Source: Candidatus Hadarchaeota archaeon
GTDB taxonomy: Archaea; CAYQAE01; CAYVLA01
Reading direction: 5' to 3'
Length of the DNA stretch: 29,758 nt
Assembly (NCBI GenBank): GCA_964452145.1
Contig: CAYVLA010000033.1
Span: 1-29,758, forward strand
In this document: piece by piece, positions 25,132-29,758 of the stretch
How the letters are laid out: every line of letters starts with the position of its first letter
How positions within the stretch are numbered: the first letter of the stretch is position 1
The notes under the pieces: generated by a model
Database searches by the model: none
The model's input: the letters and a program-made list of their open reading frames with translations, nothing else
Told to the model about the DNA's origin: nothing
Translations under genes and position numbers: made by a program

Positions 25132-28073
25132 TGGGCCTCCAGGACCAAGCTTCCGACCCGGCTTCTTCCCTCGATGCTCTGCACCACGATTACGTTCTCG
25201 GCACCCTCCAGATCCTCCTTTGAGATCTGCGAGGGAGTTATGGCGAGGTACTGCTTGTTCCGGTCTCGCCCCACCGCCGACTTGAGCAGGCGAGTGACTT
25301 TGTCTCGGTTCATCGGGTCCAGATGCACATCGTACTCGTCAACCGCTCGGAATGGGGACCTAACCTGGTTCTGCAAAGCCAGGAGGAAGGACATGGTCGA
25401 AAGGCTCTTCTCTCCCCCGCTCTGGGAGAGGGTGCTGATGGATGTCATCTCCTTTCCCGAGAATCCCACCTGTACATCCAGTCCGACGCTTCTCACGTCC
25501 CCCTCCGTCAGCGTCACGCGTCCCCTTGCGCCTATGGAAGCCAAGATCTGGTCGAAGTCCCTGTTGATCTCGGCGAGGTATCGATCCATGATCGACGACC
25601 ATCGATCTAGGCCTCTTCTCAACTCGGCCTGCATCTCCTCCTTCTTCTCCATTATCGACTGGAGGTTCTTCCTCAGGTTCTCAAAGTCGCTCAGATACAT
25701 CCTGTAGACCCCCTCGATGTCGTCAGGGACGTCGCTGAGTTCCTTCAGGGAGCCGCCTATCGTGTTGATCTGCCGTTCCAGCTCGAGCAGTTCCCGGGGG
25801 GACGGTACTCGCGGTGATAGATCCTCCGCCTCTCGGATCAGTCTCTGGACCTCCTCCTTCTTCTGGGAAATTCTGTAGTCGAGGTCCCGTAATCCAGCAT
25901 TCGCCGAACGCAGTTGATCCGTCAGAACAAGCCTCTTTCCCACAAGCTCATAGTATCCCTGGAGCTGTCGCTCGAGCTTCTCGCGGGACCTCTGGTACCG
26001 CATCTCGGCCCTTGCGAGTTCCCCCTCCAGTCGGGTGGCGTCCTTCTCGGTTGAGGCCAGATCCGCCTGCAGTTGTTTGATGCTCCTCTCATGCTCGGCG
26101 AGATCTCTCTCCTTGAGTTCAGCTAGGGCTTCGAAGCGTACGCGAATTCTCTCCTCCTCCCGCCGCAAAACGAGATCATCCGGCAGCTTGCCCGACCTCA
26201 TCAACTCTAGTCTGGAATGAAGCTGTAGAAGGTTGTCCAGAGCGGAGCCGAACGCCGCGTCCCTCTCTTGTCCGGCGGCCGCCAGGCGTTCCGAGATCGA
26301 CGAGATCTCATTCTCCAGCTTCGAATGTGCCTCGGTGAGGCGTTCGAGCTCCAACCGCAGTGACCTGCGGCTCTCCGATGCCCTGCCCGCGAGTCGGGGA
26401 ACCAGACCGTCTAGAAGTCCAGCGCTCTCGCCTTCACGGTTCATAACCGGAGCCATAAGACGCCTTGACAGATCCTCCACTGGCTCCCCCGATCTCACCA
26501 GGAGAACTCCTCCGACGATGCGATGCAGCAGTGCCTGAACGGGCTTGGGTGCCCTTAACCTGTTGACGACCCAGTCGATGACCCCCTCCTCGACCGGAAG
26601 AGGGCGTTCTTCGAGGAGGACCAAGGCCGATTCGGCAACCACGTAGATCTCGGAGTCCAGATCGCATTCGTTCAGATACGACCAGATCCTGGCCTTGTCC
26701 GCCTCATTCGTTGCGACAAAGGCCCGCATGAACCGGTCCCCGAGCATCGACTCCAGGACATCGAACGAGAAGTCATCGCTCTGAATACATGAATAGATGG
26801 GTCCGTATACCTCCCCCGCAAGGCCTTGGAGCGATCTCACACCCTCGCCAGCCTTTGCAACGGCTTGGCCATAGGGGTTCTGAATGCGGTCCTGCAAGAG
26901 ACCCATGTCTTTCTCAAGTTCCTCGCACCTGGCCGCCTTCGAAGCCATCTCGACCTGTAGTGTGACGATCTCGTTCTCGCGGTGAATGCCTCTAAGGGCT
27001 TCCCTCAATCTTGAGGCTTGGTCCCGCAGGGCCTGCTCCTGATCCCCGCCGCTGGTTCTGAGCTCATCGAGCCTTCTGATCGCAAGCTCCGCATTTGCCC
27101 TGTCCTTGTTGAGGGAATCCTCAACAAGGCCACGTTTCGTTTCCTGGTCCCGGAGAAGGGCCCGAAGCATCTCGGCCTTTGAGGCCCGAGCCGCATGTTC
27201 CCTCACGGACGTGATCAGCCCATTCTTCTCGGCCTCGAGGTTGGCCCAGCCCTCTTCCACCCGGGCCAACTTGTCCTTGATGCGGACCTCCAGCTCCTCC
27301 AGTCTGTTCTGCAGGTGTTCGTGTTCTTGCTCCCGTTCGCCTCTGCGGGACTCCAGTAATTGGACCGTCTTCTCCCCCTCGACGACCTTGGCCCAGAGGG
27401 CCTCGGACCGGAGGTCCTCCAGATCATCCTCCAGCTTTCTCTTCCTCTGGTATTTCTCGTACAACCTCTCCCACTCGGTCACTCGTCTGCTCGATCCCTC
27501 CAGGATCCTGCGGGTCTGCTTCTCCTCCTCGAGGAGGGCGTCCAGATCGTCCTTTGCTTGCAGCAGATCGCGTCTGTATGACTGAAACTCTATGACCTCT
27601 TCAAGCATCTCCAGCTTCTGCACCGGCGAGAGAAGGCTGAAAGCCTCCACCATGTCCTGTTGCATGATGACGAGCATGTTGTCCGGGTTGATCCCATGGC
27701 TCTGGATCAGGGCAGTCAGCTCCTCCTTCGTCGATGGCACCCCATCGATCTTGATGGGATAGGCTCCGGTTCGATTCAGCAACCTCTCCACGACAAGGTC
27801 GTCCGTCTCGTAGTCGGGGAATGGTCTGGTGCCGTTCTTAGCCCTGTTGTCAAGAACTAGTCTGATGGACGCTCTATCCGCCCCCCATCTGATCAGGTCC
27901 GAGAGCTTCTGGCTCCTTTCGCTGCGCGAGATGCCCAGGGCAAGGGAGATCGCGATCAGTATGCTCGACTTGCCCGATCCGTTGGGCCCACAGATGAAAT
28001 TGATGCCGGATGAGAACGGTATCTCGGCACTGGCGTAGGACATGAAGTTGTTCAGGCTAAGGCTTCTGATCAT
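25128..28073 (-). CDS. smc: SMC-family ATPase, Smc5/6-like
   Basis: Likely start MIRSLSLNNFMSY (ATG 28073). Walker A GPNGSGKSS, Q-loop MQQD, two long coiled coils around a hinge (VYGPI..LG..RAFV), signature QSGGEKS, Walker B/D-loop PFRAVDEYDVHLDPMNR, and QYLAITP. Confidence 0.92.
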   Translation of the reverse strand: MIRSLSLNNFMSYASAEIPFSSGINFICGPNGSGKSSILIAISLALGISRSERSQKLSDLIRWGADRASIRLVLDNRAKNGTRPFPDYETDDLVVERLLNRTGAYPIKIDGVPSTKEELTALIQSHGINPDNMLVIMQQDMVEAFSLLSPVQKLEMLEEVIEFQSYRRDLLQAKDDLDALLEEEKQTRRILEGSSRRVTEWERLYEKYQRKRKLEDDLEDLRSEALWAKVVEGEKTVQLLESRRGEREQEHEHLQNRLEELEVRIKDKLARVEEGWANLEAEKNGLITSVREHAARASKAEMLRALLRDQETKRGLVEDSLNKDRANAELAIRRLDELRTSGGDQEQALRDQASRLREALRGIHRENEIVTLQVEMASKAARCEELEKDMGLLQDRIQNPYGQAVAKAGEGVRSLQGLAGEVYGPIYSCIQSDDFSFDVLESMLGDRFMRAFVATNEADKARIWSYLNECDLDSEIYVVAESALVLLEERPLPVEEGVIDWVVNRLRAPKPVQALLHRIVGGVLLVRSGEPVEDLSRRLMAPVMNREGESAGLLDGLVPRLAGRASESRRSLRLELERLTEAHSKLENEISSISERLAAAGQERDAAFGSALDNLLQLHSRLELMRSGKLPDDLVLRREEERIRVRFEALAELKERDLAEHERSIKQLQADLASTEKDATRLEGELARAEMRYQRSREKLERQLQGYYELVGKRLVLTDQLRSANAGLRDLDYRISQKKEEVQRLIREAEDLSPRVPSPRELLELERQINTIGGSLKELSDVPDDIEGVYRMYLSDFENLRKNLQSIMEKKEEMQAELRRGLDRWSSIMDRYLAEINRDFDQILASIGARGRVTLTEGDVRSVGLDVQVGFSGKEMTSISTLSQSGGEKSLSTMSFLLALQNQVRSPFRAVDEYDVHLDPMNRDKVTRLLKSAVGRDRNKQYLAITPSQISKEDLEGAENVIVVQSIEGRSRVGSLVLEAQ

Positions 28074-28308
28074 CGACAGACCCGCCGGACCTCGACGACT
28101 TACAAATATTGCCATGGGTGGTTCGGCATGACGCTGCACACATGCCGGTCATCCGTCGACCTAGGGCGGAATCCGAATTCCGGCGTGTCCATAAAATTCC
28201 TTCTTACATCCCCCTTGGTTGTAGTTGGCCTGATGAGTGGATGGACTGTGTCCGTGGCCGTCGGGCCCACATTTATCTACCTTAGCCGGAACCCCGAGTT
28301 GGTGCCCG

Positions 28309-28698
28309 ATGAATCGAGCTGCAAGCCCCGACAGCGTTGTCGAGGAGTTTTCGAGGGGATACCGAGCCAAGAGGTTCGATAGGATTTATGATCTTTTCTC
28401 CAAGGAGAGCGAGATCAGGAAGAGCTACACCCGGGATGCCTACGATTCGAGGATGAGATCCACAGTTGCACGGACGAAGATGGACATACAGGAATCGAAG
28501 ATGGCTGGATCGCATGTCATGGGCGACACAGCGGCTGTGACCCTGATCAGCACGACCAAAAGCATCGTGGGCGCGTGGCATATGGAGGAGGAGTTCAGCC
28601 TGAAGAGGGAGGACGGGGAGTGGAGGATTGTGAACATAGCCAAGGTTCGCCAGTGGCCGTTGAAAGGGGGCTCTTCCGCAGTCCGGGGCCGGATGTGA
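28309..28698 (+). CDS. Small NTF2-like fold protein of unknown function
   Basis: SPDSVVEEF..Y..IYDLFS..GDTAAVTL..LKREDGEWRI pattern. Start taken as ATG 28309 after SD-like GGTG, with TTTAT at 28272. Confidence 0.7.
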   Translation: MNRAASPDSVVEEFSRGYRAKRFDRIYDLFSKESEIRKSYTRDAYDSRMRSTVARTKMDIQESKMAGSHVMGDTAAVTLISTTKSIVGAWHMEEEFSLKREDGEWRIVNIAKVRQWPLKGGSSAVRGRM

Positions 28699-28702
28699 AC
28701 AA

Positions 28703-29254
28703 GTGTCGGAAGTCTACGTTGTCGCAGGCCTCTCCGGTGTCGGGAAGTCGTCGGTCGTCAAATATGCCCTGACCCAAGTCAAGGAAGTAGCAAGGGTCAA
28801 CTTCGGCGATGCCATCCTTGAGGAAGCTCTTCGGCAGAAGTTGGTGAAGAACCGGGACGAACTCAGATTCCTTGACCTAGGGACGCAGCGGGATCTCCAG
28901 ACAAGGGCGGCTAGGAGGATCGGGAAGATGCAGGGGAAGGTCATCGTTGACACCCACCTGACCATTCCCACCCCAGATGGCTACGTTCCGGGGATCCCTC
29001 TGGATGTCCTTGTGGAGCTACGGCCGAGGAAGATCGTAATACTTCAGGCCGACCCGGGCGATATCCTGAGGAGAAGGATACTGGATAGAGGCAGGGCCAG
29101 GGTGGATGAGACCTTGGAGCAGATAGAGGAGCACTTCGATTTCGATCGAGCTGCTGCCATCGCCATGGCCATCCAGGTCGGTGCCCCCGTGAAGATCATC
29201 CGTAACGACACGATCGAGAGGGCGGGGGAGGAACTGGCCAAGCTTCTGCGGTGA
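28703..29254 (+). CDS. adkA: Archaeal adenylate kinase
   Basis: VVAGLSGVGKS P-loop, VNFGD, RDELR, Q..AA..I, IVDTH..I.TP.GY.PG.P, I..RR..D..R.R. Confidence 0.95.
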   Translation: MSEVYVVAGLSGVGKSSVVKYALTQVKEVARVNFGDAILEEALRQKLVKNRDELRFLDLGTQRDLQTRAARRIGKMQGKVIVDTHLTIPTPDGYVPGIPLDVLVELRPRKIVILQADPGDILRRRILDRGRARVDETLEQIEEHFDFDRAAAIAMAIQVGAPVKIIRNDTIERAGEELAKLLR

Positions 29255-29265
29255 ACCCGATGCCT

Positions 29266-29291
29266 GGGCGGCCCGAGCCGCCCTTCTCTCC
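29266..29291 (+). terminator. GC hairpin plus pyrimidine tract after adkA
   Basis: GGGCGGC-CCGA-GCCGCCC (7-bp perfect stem) followed by TTCTCTCC. Confidence 0.45.
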
Positions 29292-29376
29292 GTTTAACGG
29301 TTCGAAACAGTGTTTCGAAGGTTTTTAAAGCGTCGGGCGACAGCGGTATTCTGGAAATAGGGGTTCTGGGTTAGCT

Positions 29377-29583
29377 ATGGTTACAGCCGGTAAGGGCACA
29401 GGGGAGGAACGAAAGACAGGCGAGGTCGAGAATCTGAGCGTGACGAACACCGGCGTTTACAGGATCAACCTCGAGTCCCTAATGAGGGGCGCGCCCGTGG
29501 TCGTCAGGGTCCGAGAAGGCGTCTACCAGGTCGACCTGTCCCCGTCCCAGAGGCACTGGAGCGCCGGGTGGCCCAGGCGCTGA
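29377..29583 (+). CDS. Small hypothetical protein, 68 aa
   Basis: ORF with a plausible beta-rich core (GVYRINLESLM....VVVRVREGVYQVDL). Strong TATA-like AAGG-TTTTTAAA at 29318-29329. Confidence 0.6.
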   Translation: MVTAGKGTGEERKTGEVENLSVTNTGVYRINLESLMRGAPVVVRVREGVYQVDLSPSQRHWSAGWPRR

Positions 29584-29683
29584 CCGGACCAGTTCGGACC
29601 CGGGATTTGTGTAGGACGGCACTGCATGGTTGCGATAGCCCTGGCTCGATAACCCTTTTTAGCTGTCCTCCATTATACATAGC

Positions 29684-29758
29684 GTGGCCGATCAGGACTA
29701 CGAGAAGATGGATCCGACGATATCGGAGATATCCTCCAGGCTTGATGAGGCATTCGAG
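29684..29758 (+). CDS. N-terminus of a gene running off the window
   Basis: Open frame from GTG 29684 (or ATG 29708): ADQDYEKMDPTISEISSRLDEAFE. TATA-like CTTTTTA at about 29655-29661. Confidence 0.45.
   Translation, partial: MADQDYEKMDPTISEISSRLDEAFE

Noticed and set aside
23829..28073. Wadjet (JetABCD) or Rad50/Mre11 interpretation of the SMC operon
   Set aside because: No JetD/Toprim or Mre11 nuclease gene is adjacent and there is no CxxC zinc hook. Head motifs are Smc5/6-like, and the gene order is SMC-kleisin-KITE.

Overview
GC-rich archaeal chromosomal segment. The archaeal call rests on an HMf-type histone, TBP, a thermosome subunit, AdkA, a deoxyhypusine synthase and TATA/BRE-like promoters. 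Housekeeping genes: pdxS-pdxT, histone, two wHTH regulators, TBP, a PHP-like metallohydrolase/cupin/MFS/Gfo-Idh-MocA cluster, Ku, thermosome, DUF763-Lhr helicase, dhs and adkA. No rRNA, tRNA, CRISPR array or transposase was recognised. Three signals stand out. (1) A threonine-synthase-like protein, translationally coupled to pdxS-pdxT, has lost the PLP Schiff-base lysine (SFADRG) and is fused to a C-terminal PadR-like wHTH; it is a candidate vitamin-B6-sensing regulator. (2) An overlapping three-gene operon encodes an Smc5/6-like ATPase, a kleisin-like protein and an Nse1/Nse3-like KITE protein, and abuts an unknown gene with tandem HeH-like motifs. (3) A Ku gene occurs with no ligD in the window. 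All family assignments come from motif recognition by eye, not database searches.
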